Of a DNA stretch of 64,000 nt, positions 36,406 through 47,800 are shown in pieces (the stretch's first letter is position 1; every line of letters begins with the position of its first letter). The position numbers and the translations under genes are program-made. Location of the stretch: NCBI GenBank assembly GCA_001949185.1, contig BDGG01000009.1, positions 248,001 to 312,000 on the forward strand. Reading direction: 5' to 3'. Origin of the DNA: Ramazzottius varieornatus (taxonomy: Eukaryota; Animalia; Tardigrada). Below the pieces are notes generated by a model. It saw only the letters and a list, made by a program, of their open reading frames with translations, did not search any database and was not told the DNA's origin.

Positions 36406-37356
36406 CTAATATCGGTTCGTGAGGTCGATCCGTTTGTTGCAGTTTTGTTGATACAGCATTCCCGGGTAGCGCAACGTCTTTTCCGGATAAGCCCACAAGG
36501 TGTTCCAATGGCGACCGCTGAAGTTTTGGAGGTCTGTTGTCTCGGACCGCTGTCCATGGCAGTTCTTGAAGTCCAGGTAGAGGTCGATCGGGTCTAGAGG
36601 AGGCTTCCGGGTATCGCGAGCGTAGAACCACGGTCGGGCTGGCCTCTTTGATAGCTGGACAATCTCTTCGCGGAGCTTCCTTAGATCGTTCCAGTCTCCG
36701 ATATTCATCCTGACCAACGAGTTTACTTCCAAGCAGCATAACCGACGTCCGTCGATTTCGTTCACGTCAAAGGTTTCCTGCAAAACGATACGGTGAGATA
36801 TCATGACGTAAGATGGCATGACAAGATCCATCATGACATGACATGACATGACATAGCTCACCGTATACTTGTCCATACCGATATCACCCAACCATTTTAG
36901 CACTTCCGCCTTCGTCCAGGCCAAACATACAGGCAAATCGGGGTCCCCGGCGTCGGCTCGCATGACTTTCTGACGCATGTCGTCCTGGATATGAATCTGC
37001 CAGGTCTTGTTGTTGCGAAAGACGTTTGGCAGCGAACGCCCGTAACTTTCTTCCGGTTCGTTATTGAGGGTCTCCGCGGTATAGCCGCCAGTCCGTTGCA
37101 CCGTGTCGATGGGCACGACGTTTTCAACCAGCTTCAGCAGCTCATAACGAGTCAAAGCTTGTTGAAGAAAGTGCGTGGTGGAAGGCTGAACATCGCGTGG
37201 GATGTCGGGATTGTGGAAGGCGTCAAAGTCCCCGACGTAAACTTTCTTTCGCAATGGCTGGACTACTTGGCGCTTGGTGGAGTACCTTTCCAGCTGGTAG
37301 GGATCTTCCAGCTCGGCGAACTTCTGGAAGGTGGCCACATCAATTCCGTTTGTCAT
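36406..37356 (-). CDS. SAMD15: SAM-domain protein, SAMD15-like (84-nt intron at 36861-36778)
   Basis: SAM domain WTKAEVLKWLGDIGMDKYT|ETFDVNEIDGRRL, followed by PPLDPIDLYLDFKNCHG, which resembles the SAMD15 post-SAM motif. Confidence 0.7.
   Translation of the reverse strand: MTNGIDVATFQKFAELEDPYQLERYSTKRQVVQPLRKKVYVGDFDAFHNPDIPRDVQPSTTHFLQQALTRYELLKLVENVVPIDTVQRTGGYTAETLNNEPEESYGRSLPNVFRNNKTWQIHIQDDMRQKVMRADAGDPDLPVCLAWTKAEVLKWLGDIGMDKYTVSYVMSCHVMMDLVMPSYVMISHRIVLQETFDVNEIDGRRLCCLEVNSLVRMNIGDWNDLRKLREEIVQLSKRPARPWFYARDTRKPPLDPIDLYLDFKNCHGQRSETTDLQNFSGRHWNTLWAYPEKTLRYPGMLYQQNCNKRIDLTNRY
36801..36856. repeat. (CATGA)n pentamer microsatellite; similar tracts near 13478, 16890, 19358, 20360, 28080
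   Basis: CATGACATGACATGACATGACAT read directly. Confidence 0.8.
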
Positions 37357-37620
37357 GATCCACTCTTATGCAAACGTTCATGAGTACATGGTTGTTTCCT
37401 CCTTCCAGCCTTCTCCCATAGATAACACACAGATCGTGGAATAGATCAGTCATTTCCCATACTCATGCGGTGACTTCTGAATTGCTGACCAGAATTGGAA
37501 ACATACCGAACAATTAAGCGGAAGTGTTTCTTGGGTAACATTCCTGCGCGAACAAACTGTGTAGATTTATTCGAGGATCAACCGGAAGTCAAGTCAGGTG
37601 TAGGAAGAAACAGCGTAATA

Positions 37621-38753
37621 CTACAGAGCATCACGTAAAGACTGGTAATAGCCTTTCCGAAGAGGGTCTAAAGAACAAAGTTTGTCAATAGAATCATCAA
37701 CAAACTTCTTATCACTCTCCTTCAAATTCTGAATGGGATCTAAAAGTAAAAGACGAACATAGCCATGTAAAACCGCAATGCTCTCTTCTGCGGTCAGATC
37801 ACCCTCTTCGTACAACTTCTTGACTTCCTCCTTGAGTTCATCCAGCAAGTTGGTATATCCACCCTTCTGGATCTGTTCAACCAGGAACTGTGTATAAAAC
37901 CAGATGCCTTGATCATTGGCCTTCACATTTACCGCTGTCACGACCAAAGCTAACTCAGTCCGGATCTGCGTCTGATGTTCGGGACTGGGAACCGTGGGGA
38001 ATAGAAGCGGAATTAGTGTTGTGCGGTAGTGCCAGGCGGAGTAATTGGAGGGATCGTCAGCGATGAGCTTGGTGGAGAAAGCTAGCTCGGAAGAGAGAGG
38101 AATGTGGCCACGTTCAACGATGAAGCGTCGATAGTTCCAACAGTGAAAGTTGCGCGCATCCAAACGGAACAGTTGACTGGTCAAGTCAAGCTCGCGCTGC
38201 CAGTCGGCCTTCTGCATCTGCTCCAAAGTCCACTTCCGATGATACCAGGTACTGTAGGATTTAAAGTCCAGCGCGAGACAGCTTTCTGTCACCGACAGTT
38301 CGATCCGCAGGATTCCATCGCGCTTACCTTCCTCGCTGGAGAAAAGAAAACAAATATTGGAGTAGGCAACGCATACTGATCTTGATTCTGACGAGACCTG
38401 AAGGCCATAATACTGCACCAGTACCCGTCTTGCACGGAGTCGATAAACCAATCAATCGAAAAAATATTAAAATGCGCAGAATGCAACATCAGCTTGAACC
38501 AGACTTACCTCTCAGCATCGGTCAGATCAGCCAGGAGAATTTCCCGACGATAATTCCATAAGGTATACAAGTCCGAGCATTTGGCCAGTAGTTGGTTAGT
38601 CTTCATTAGAGTCTCAGAAGAGCGATCGCCCTCCGCGCGTCGGTCGACAATATCCTTCCATAATGTAGTGAAGCCCAGCAGCTTTCTCTCCTTCTCTTTT
38701 CGTACGGCCTCTTGTTTCTCCTCCGGTGTCCTTTCCTTCACACGTCCGTGCAT
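37621..38753 (-). CDS. RABGGTA: Rab geranylgeranyltransferase alpha subunit (short, Bet4-like form), 2 exons
   Basis: MHGRVK start; PPTA repeats YTLWNYRR, KSYSTWYHRKW, RNFHCWNYRRF, NYSAWHYR; C-terminal LDPLRKGYY. Confidence 0.93.
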
Positions 38754-39138
38754 GATGTCCTTAAAACGAGATGAGCTTCAATTAGAATTTGCGACAGAAC
38801 AATTTTCTTGATTTCTTCCAGAATCTGCAAATGGGAAATAAACAAGGACAAGTCGACTGTCGACCGGAAGTTGACTTCTCGGTCGATCGTGCCAATCAAG
38901 AAACTGACTGGATCACTAATCAAGCGAAGTGGCGGCTGCGCTCGTTCTCGCTGTTTCTTCCGCTACTCCGTTCCGCCTTGGCAAAGCGGCCGAACACATG
39001 GAACGACGAACCGATTTACTTCGTCGGAAAAATCTTGCTGGAGAAATCGCCGCATAGATTTTGATGTCAGTTCTAAGTTCTGACTTCCTTAGAAGATCTG
39101 CGACGTCTCTTTGCTTTTAGTTTGAAGATCATCTCAAG
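38754..39138. promoter_or_regulatory. Compact bidirectional promoter between RABGGTA and RPL8
   Basis: Head-to-head ATGs ~385 bp apart; ETS-like CCGGAAGT near 38864; pyrimidine-rich TOP-like tract near 38941-38970. Confidence 0.6.
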
Positions 39139-40469
39139 ATGGGTCGAGTTATCCGTGGGCAACGTAAGGGAGCTGGCGGGATCTTCAAGGCCCACACGAA
39201 GCACAGGAAAGGAGCCCCAAAGTTCCGCACCTACGACTACTCGGAACGTCAAGGATACGTCAGGGGAGTTGTCAAGGTATGAGTGGATCTCTTGTCGTTT
39301 CACAAGCATGATTGCGTTGGCAGACTCCTGGAAACTGAGTGGGCTTCTTGCTTGCAGGACATCATCCACGATCCTGGTCGAGGAGCGCCGTTGGCAGTCG
39401 TAGCTTTCCGCGATCCGTATAAGTACAAGACAAGAAAGGAACTATTCATTGCTGCTGAGGGAATGCATACTGGACAGTTCGTGTATTGCGGAAAGAAAGG
39501 TGTGTGGTTTCTTTTATGGAATCCTCTTCTTAGGTCTATTAGAGGAAGATGGCATCATGTGGAATGGCAGAAAGATAATGTTCTGGAGCACTCGTATGGT
39601 GTAGTGTCTAGGGATCAGCTGTTTCAGGCTGTTGTGAATGCTTCATTGTTGATTGTTTTGTTTGTAGCCTCGATTCACGTTGGCAATGTACTGCCATTGA
39701 GCTCCATGCCGGAAGGTACCGTCGTATGTAATGTGGAGCACAAGACCGGAGATGGAGGCTCCTTGGCTCGCTGCTCGGGAAACTACGCTACTGTTATCTC
39801 GCATAATCCCGATGCTAAGATATCCAGGGTGAAGCTTCCGTCTGGAGTAAAGAAGGTTGTGAACTGGAACAACCGTGCCATGATCGGTACGTATGTCGTT
39901 TGATCAACGCCAAAGTTGATTTCCGGTTACCTGGTCTTTTGATCGTTTGAGACACAGGCAGCCAAACTCGACAAAGTCTTTTCTCCAATGTGGCGCATAC
40001 ACTCTAGCCAATAACACTAAAAAAGTGCGCCACTTGGGAGGAGAATTTTGTTCGAGCTTGTTTGCCGGCTTCCGTTTCGTTTCTCAGCCATGAATTTCTT
40101 TTGTATCGCAGGTATCGCGGCCGGTGGTGGGCGCATTGACAAGCCGATCCTGAAGGCTGGTCGTTCTTATTTCAAGTACAAGGCTAAGAGAAACTGCTGG
40201 CCGTATGTCCGTGGTGTTGCCATGAACGTAAGCCTTCCTTGCACGCTTCTTCGTCGTTTTTGTTTGTTTTTTAGTTTGACATCTGTCCTTTTCTTCTACA
40301 GCCTGTCGACCATCCTCATGGTGGTGGTAACCACCAGCATATTGGTAAGGCCAGTACCGTCAGGAGAGACACTTCCGCTGGTCGCAAGGTCGGCCTCATC
40401 GCTGCCAGACGAACTGGTCGCATTCGCGGCGTTAAGGTTGAAGTTGGTGGCAAGAGTGACAAGGATTAA
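39139..40469 (+). CDS. RPL8: 60S ribosomal protein L8 (uL2), 5 coding exons
   Basis: [65 protein letters not shown]. Confidence 0.98.
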
Positions 40470-40686
40470 TCTTTACTCCAGTTCGATGTTTTCTGGTGTT
40501 TTATTCATGTCGACCCGTTTGACTTTACTCCTCTGTTCTCGTCGGGTTTACTGTGTAACATCGATCAGTGTTCAGAGGACGAGAAAAGAGTAAAGGAACA
40601 TGATTTTATTGATAAGATGGTGGCTTTTACGTTCTTCGAAGATGTCAGGAGAGAAAGATAAACAAAAAAGGTGCAGAATAGAAAAC

Positions 40687-42102
40687 TTAGTCTCGTCGAA
40701 GTTGATATTCCATAGTTTCAGTGCCTTTGGCCGTCATTGCCACCAAAGTCACAGTATCGCCGGTGTAGACATCGCGTTCAGCAGCCGCCAGAAAAGCATC
40801 CTTGAGAAGCTTGACAGCCTTGTCCAAAGTCAGACCTGGAGGAGCTTGGACTGGCACATCGCTCAACGTGCGCTTCGCTCCGATCTGCAAGTAAACAGAG
40901 TATCAGCAATAGTTGCGCGTGACTTCATGAGTTTCGTCAGACACGTGGCACGGACTTGACAGTCCACGGCCCGACGAGTGACGTCACCAAGCAGTGCGCA
41001 CCATAACATAGCGTATGGGAGCTCCGAAGACATACTCGACCAAATCTGTTCCCCCCGTGGCGGACGCTTTCAGCCAACAACACTGAAGGCATGCGCCACC
41101 TGGGAAGACGATCTAGTAGAATTGGTTTACCGAGCTCCCATATCGGGATTGGCACGTTAACTTCAATTTAGCTTCGCGGGAAAGCGAAAATTATTCCGCG
41201 GACACCCGTCACCAAAGAAAACTTTCTTCGTGGCTCAAGCTTGGAGTAGTTTTGTTAGGGACGAACGGAGTGTACCTGGTTGTGGAGGAAAGGATGGACG
41301 AGGTTCTCGCCACTGCCTTGGATGACATAGTCGAAGAATTCTGGTGTTCCAACGGGATCATAAGAAGCCACCAAGCCCTTTCCATCACGATCTAGACCAG
41401 CGACGATGGGACGAACGTAGAAGGGAAAGAAGCGTCGGCCGTACAGTGTGGGCAGCATCAACGCCATCACGGCTTTCGTCGACATTTCCTCGCCGTGCTC
41501 GTGAATAAACAGCTGAACAAAAAAAATCAACCTCAGCTCTGAAGTCTTTCTTCAGTTGCTACAATTGAAGGTGTGTGATATTGCACCTTCATTCGAACTT
41601 CCAGGTTTTTAATGAGAGTCAGCACATCGGCGTGGAAGCCCGAGCAAGCAAAGACGGTCATTTTGGACCTGTAAAAAATGACATCAAGATTTTAACGAAC
41701 TGGGAGCTGGGCTGCCTCGGCAAACAAACTCGACCGGATCGCTTTGAAAGCGGCGCACGGTCTCAGACAATATCGTAAAAATTATGCGTCACTTTGGAAA
41801 CTATCTGGTGTCGGGTATATTTGCCTAGCTCCTGCTTACGGCCGAGTGTTTCGACTTACAGTGGATATATTTTAGGAGTGAATCTAGAGAGGATGGTCGA
41901 GCCAGTACTCAAGCGACTGTCACAAGCGATGAGAACGTAGTCCTGACCAGCGATAGCTGCCACGGTTCTGCAACGAGAAGAAGGCAAATCATCAGTGAAA
42001 GCTGGTAGCTGGACGATTCTTATAGATCATAATCAATCATAAGTTATGCTTGATACAGATCACCAACCCGCCATTGTCATCGTAGGGACTGAAGTCGCCC
42101 AT
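40687..42102 (-). CDS. PSMB1: Proteasome subunit beta type-1 (beta6), multi-exon
   Basis: MGDFSPYDDNGG, IACDSRLS, GFHAD, LYGRRFFPFYV, SYDPVG, KDAFLAAAERDVYTGD, C-terminal LRRD. Confidence 0.93.
41016..41140. mobile_element. Representative full-length copy of the abundant ~125-bp palindromic MITE (family 1), in a PSMB1 intron
   Basis: TA-TGGGAGCTC...GTGGCGGAC spacer ATGCGCCAC...GAGCTCCCA-TA; imperfect inverted repeats and flanking TA. Confidence 0.85.
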
Positions 42103-43373
42103 TCTTCTAGCTGTGCCCCGTCCGTTCTAAAGGCTGGAGAGTGGTTGTCCGACTGGACTGCGTAGATTCTGTCAAGGAGGAAAGGAAGACTCTGAAGCAA
42201 CAAAGTGAAGAAACTGAAGAAAGCTACGTCGGGGACATGGATACATAAATCAACAATCAAGACATCAGCAATGACTGCGCAGTTCAACCGGTGCGCCGCC
42301 GCCAGGGCGGCAGCACTGGTCCGCTGGGCGATAGGAGACGTGGAGTGCTATTCGTAGTTGGAGCTTTGGACCTTCTTCTTCGGCTTACGAGCTCGAGAAA
42401 CCCTTCTCGTAACCCCGAACTGGCCCGAATGACATTGGGCAAATATTTTAGGATGGTAGCACGACTAGGCGAACATCTGTATTTTTTAAACCCAGTACAG
42501 ACGCCGATACCCCGAAGCAGGACCTAAGAGGTCCGCCGAAAGATTCCAGAAGTTTCGTTCTCAGAGGTCCTCTAAAATGTTTCAAACTTATGTTTTGGAA
42601 ATCCGAAAATTAATTTCGACGAACATGATAGCCAATACACGAATAGAAACTTTTACTAATAAGTACCAACAGATTAGTTCCGCTGTAGTTGCGTGTACCG
42701 CTTAGCTCACTTCCGTTTCCCGAAAGATTATCCCGACCTACTGTACATACTTCTTATACCAGTGCAATGTAGTGTGATGTAGCTACAGAGCCGCGATAAG
42801 GAGACACATAATTACGGACAGTCCTCTCCTTCCGTTCGCCATCAATTGGAAAAGGTTTCAGAGCCATCCAGATGGACTTGAATCTCATTACAAGATTAGT
42901 CAGCCTGTCAACTTTAACGCACGGCCCAACTAGGAAGTACACTCTCCGCACGTTTTTCGCACGGGCTTTAGGTCGTCTCGAAGGGAACTGTCGTTCTAAA
43001 ATTACGAAAATTGTCTTTGCGATCACTTCGCGGTATCTGCCCACATTTTTCGAGATGGCCAGAGATCTGCGCAAACGACGAACTCTCCTTTGCTCGTGTC
43101 CTTCGTCGAGGCATCTATATAGAACAGCAGCAATCACAACCAGGTCCAGTAGTTGCAATCATCAACAGTCAAACTCCATTACTGGTCTCGAAGAGTGACA
43201 CTTTAGCTGAGAGTTTCTACTTGAATTTCCACAACTACCATTAAACCTAATACTCCGTGTTGACGAGAACGATCGTAGGGGGCCTCTTCCACGGTCGTCA
43301 TATCTACACAGTATCTGACGTAGTACAACTTTCATGGCCAAGACCAGCCGTTTCCTGTTCCCTTCTTTGTGTA

Positions 43374-43553
43374 CACGCACGATGGGAAATCATGGGACAG
43401 TACAAATTATGGGACAGACCTTTTTGCTACGGCGGTACGGAAGCACGTACGTACATGATCGATTCACACTAATGTGTTTTTCACGACTTTTCTACGGATG
43501 AATTTCCATGTTGCCTTCCTTTCCACCTGTCCCATAATTACCGGTCGTGCGTA
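43374..43553. mobile_element. Tc1/mariner-type MITE
   Basis: TA-CACGCACGA...ATGGGACAG and CTGTCCCATAATTACCGGTCGTGCGTA-TA imperfect TIRs. Confidence 0.6.
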
Positions 43554-44816
43554 TACGGATAAGTTACATTTAAGTTAGTGGAATCATTATTGCGTGCCCA
43601 TGTCGGCGTTGGCACCTCTTTTTTTGTGAATTTGTCCCGCTGAGAAACTGATACGCAGTAGCTTGTATGTTTCTGAAATCGGACCTTCCGTCAAAATTCA
43701 GGTTAGGGAACGAAGCGCAACTCTATCCGATTTGCGTAACCAAACCCGAAGAAGAAAACTCCATCTACAGTACTACTTAAAGCTCGTCAACGCTCGTCAT
43801 GTTGGCGATCTCGTTTTCCTCCAGCTTCCATCCTAAGCTACATAAGCCTAACGAGCTAGGGTGCCGCGAGACAGCTCAGCAGCCGGCAAATTCCGGATTA
43901 TTAAATAGGGAGTGGGAGAAGCTGCCGCTGCCGGAAGTGCCTGGTGATGGAGGAGCGACCTGTTCCTGCGAAACGGAAAGCGTCCACAATGAGCCGGCGC
44001 AATAACCCTGATACTACCAAAACCGTCTAACCTTAATGTGCCACACTTTGAAAGCATACAATCGCGTGAGTCGACTTCCCGATCTCTTCCGTATCCGGCA
44101 CTATGCCTTTATCTCCCCATGTTCCACTAGACGTGCTTGATTAACGCTGAACGGATGAACTGGTGCTATCTCGTATAATTAATGAACTTGTGTACTCCCA
44201 TTTGATCGTTACAGAGTATCATGGGCCCAACCCGCTTGTGGCGGTTGTGACATTTGTTATGCTCCAGAGTTCCGCTGGCTTTTTGTGTAATTAGATTATG
44301 CCAATCCATTTCATCCTCAAAACTGTTGGTCACTATAGCATTTACTGTCGCTGCCTTGCTCGGAAAAGTCGAGCACTCCGGTAAACCTTTACTGGACCGT
44401 ATTTCCAGTTCGCCTAACATTGTCAAACATGCTACATACAGTGTATTCATATCCATCTCTGCCGCTTCTTTCCAGAGACGTGGAGATTATTATCTAATTG
44501 ATGTTCCTGACAAGTGAGATGTATTCTTTCTAGCCGATGGGAGTTTGGAACTTGCACAAAACACTTTCGGCAATTCTTCAACGTTGGGCAACATCTTTAA
44601 TAACAGTTGACGCAGTTTGTCGATCATCCTTTCCGCAGCCGTCATATGTTCGTATATTCCAGCCTTAAGGAGAGATCGGACTGATCAGCTGGATTACCAC
44701 GTCTTCGTCATCGAGTGGGAGTATTTACGTACATCAGCGAGGGGCGACTCGCGACCAGTCCCCGAAAGGAACTTGAAGCTAGCCTTGGTGACAGAGAGCG
44801 GAGCAACCCATTGATC

Positions 44817-47800
44817 ATGGCGGAGAACGCCCTCTTTGAAAACTCCAGCAACAATACCATGGATTTTGATCTGAGCAATGACACGGCGACATCGGTTCGT
44901 CCCTACACCGTTGACCATTCGCTGCTGTATCGCATTGTGGCCACTCTGTTACATTCTCTGATATTTATCGGAGGAGTTTTCGGCAACGTTGTCTTGATTT
45001 TGGTGGTCAAGCGCAATCGTCCACTGCAGACACCGACTTACTGCTACCTAGTAAGTCCAGTTCGAGTGCTCCTCACTAAAAACAAAACCGTACTTGGCGG
45101 GATACTCAGCAGGCGAACGTACGAGATCGTTATTTCAAGTGACGCGCGGTACTCTTGTTACCGGGCGGAAGCGTGCGCCACTTGAAAGAAACAATCTTGC
45201 ATGTTCCGTTTGCCGTCAGAAACATCGCTGGCTTCCCAGTTATATCGTTTAACAGTGCAACCTGCCTATTTTTTTCCACAAAAAGGGCTGAGACAGCACG
45301 CAGGGCCGTGCAGGGCATGAACCGTTTTCAGGCTTCCGAAGAAAATTCGCAGAAAAAGGGCGTTGAAGAAATCCGCAGCTATTGCCATACTGTATAGTGA
45401 TCATTGTACAGAATCGCCAGTACTGATCTGGTTCGACCATAGGTTACTCGCCTCCCACCCTTCGTGTTGAGTTGTTGTCCTGGGTCGATAATGTAGACTA
45501 TCTTCGGTAAAGCAGGCTTTGAACGCTCAGTATGAGGTCTTGCAGTATTTGTTTCACCGACGCTTTCCGATATAAAGGCTGGAATTGGATGGTCATCAAT
45601 GCTTTATGCATGTACCTTTTGCTTCAGTAGCATGAATATTCATGTGCGCTTTGTAAGTTGAAACCGAAAGGCGATTAAGTGAAAACGCATGCAGCTAACT
45701 TGATTAGCACTTCCTCCTTTTTTATTTATTCACACCACTTCGATCGGTCGTGTATTGCACCATTACTTCTTTGTGGCAGTTTTTTTGGGGAGGCTCTTCT
45801 AATTAATCTGTGTACTGATGGTCCTTCGTCGAGTGATCATGAGTCGAAAAGCATCCAGCATTTTGCCACGTTAAAGTGAGTTTCCGAAAATGGGAAGGCA
45901 AACATGTCGGCAAGGGGAAACACAGTCTAAAGTACCAGGCTCGACACTTCACTTGCGGAACTTAGTACGGGTTTTGCATGATTGTTTTTGACTGATTACC
46001 TTGGTACTTCTCCCGTCCACGTACGTGACAAAACTGCGTAGTGGATGATGATCGAGACCTTTGAGAATGGATTTTATGTTAGGAAATTCCAGAAACGCAA
46101 ATTAAAGGCAAGCGTGAGCCAAATTAGAGAAAGATGCGAAAACTGTGGGAAGTGTACGGGCGCTCGCAGGGAAATCCGTTTAGGAGAGAACGAAGTTCCT
46201 TGGCAAACCTGGTAGCGGTTAGAGTGGAGCCATCAGCAAACATCAGGAAAGGCCGGTCAGCTTGACTTAACTTGACCCGATGGTCAGAGTATTTCCGGAT
46301 GGCTACAACAGGACAGACAGAACGGGAAGTGGGGTGAAGGACGACCGTTGATGGGTGGCGTCTTTGCCACACTTCGAATGTCGTATGGTCATAGAAACCC
46401 GATCTGAATGAAGAACCATGTCTTCATTCAGATCGGGGAGAGCCAGAGATGTCTAAACAAGGTTTCTTTTGTTTTTTCTTTCAGGTCTCATTAGCCTACG
46501 CTGATCTGATTGTCCTGTTCAGCGCTGTGCCTGAAGCCCTGATGTTTCACCATATCGGCATTCGGTGGGTGTTGGGCCAAGCGGGCTGCTCCCTCTTGAT
46601 TTTCGGAAACTTCTTGGGCATCAATGCTGGTAGCCTCAGGTAAGGACAAAATTCAATTAGACCCTTACGTTGATGTAACTGTGTAGCCATGCAGGCGCGG
46701 AGAAGAATACTCGTTTGGCCAGACTACTGCGGCCGGGGGAAGAAGGAGTTCATTCTGGAGAAATGTGTTATGGGTCTTTGCCGAAAAATCTTTCTCGAGA
46801 ACGGCCATGCAATCGAGATAAACACAGAGGGCAACAGAAGCTATTTACGACACTGCTGGTTCGGCGCCTATAACAAACAAGCAAGAACAAGAAAACCCCC
46901 TTACTGTCCCAAAAGATTAGGAAGCTCCTCAAGTGGCGCAAGATTAACGTATTATTCGCCGGAAGCGTGCGCCACTTGCAAACTGACCTTGCCGAGTTTG
47001 TTTGCCGTAGTTCCAGGCACCAGCCGACCTTCGCACTAAGCTAGGTTTCGTATACTGTAAAATCTTAATTCCATGCTGATTTTTATAGCATCTTGGCCTT
47101 TACGGTGGAACGGTATGTGGCAGTCTTGAAGCCCTTGTTAGCCCAAAGGTACTGCACCGTGGGACGAGCCAAGAAGATTGTACTGGCGGTTTGGATTTGT
47201 TCCGTTGTCTACTGTGCTCCCTGGCTCGGTTTGACGTTGGTGGTCAGCGATCCTGAAAACCCCAGCATCCAACTGTGCGACTTCCGGCTGACACGGGAAC
47301 AATACAGTGCCTTCTTTATCACTGACCTTTTCATCTTTTACCTTATTCCACTCTTGTTTGCCGCGGTCGTCTATGTTCGCATTGCCGCCGTCGTGGCCAA
47401 ACAAAAGCCCGGGGAGCAGCTTTCTCGGCAGAATACCATGGTTCATCGCGATGCAGCCTCCCGTAATACGCCCAGTAAGGGTGTGCCCGGCCATCTCCAG
47501 AGGGAGTCCATCGTGGTAGCCAGCGAAAATAACCTCACGCTTAACTACAGTTCCACCCTAAAGCGGCGCAGTTCTGCCATGCAGGTAAGATAATCAGAAT
47601 GGGGAAGTAAGCAAGCCTAGCTTTACTTCCCTGAATCGTGGCGAGTTCATTTTGCCCGTTTTCCACGAAATACCAAGTTTAAGGTGTGCCTAGCAAAAGT
47701 TTGGCAAGCACCAGGGGCGGATTGAGGTTCTCAGAGTGGGTAACGCAGATAGCCGGTAAGGCTGGGAAAACTGACTTTTGAGCCTCAAGGCTTGGTAAAA

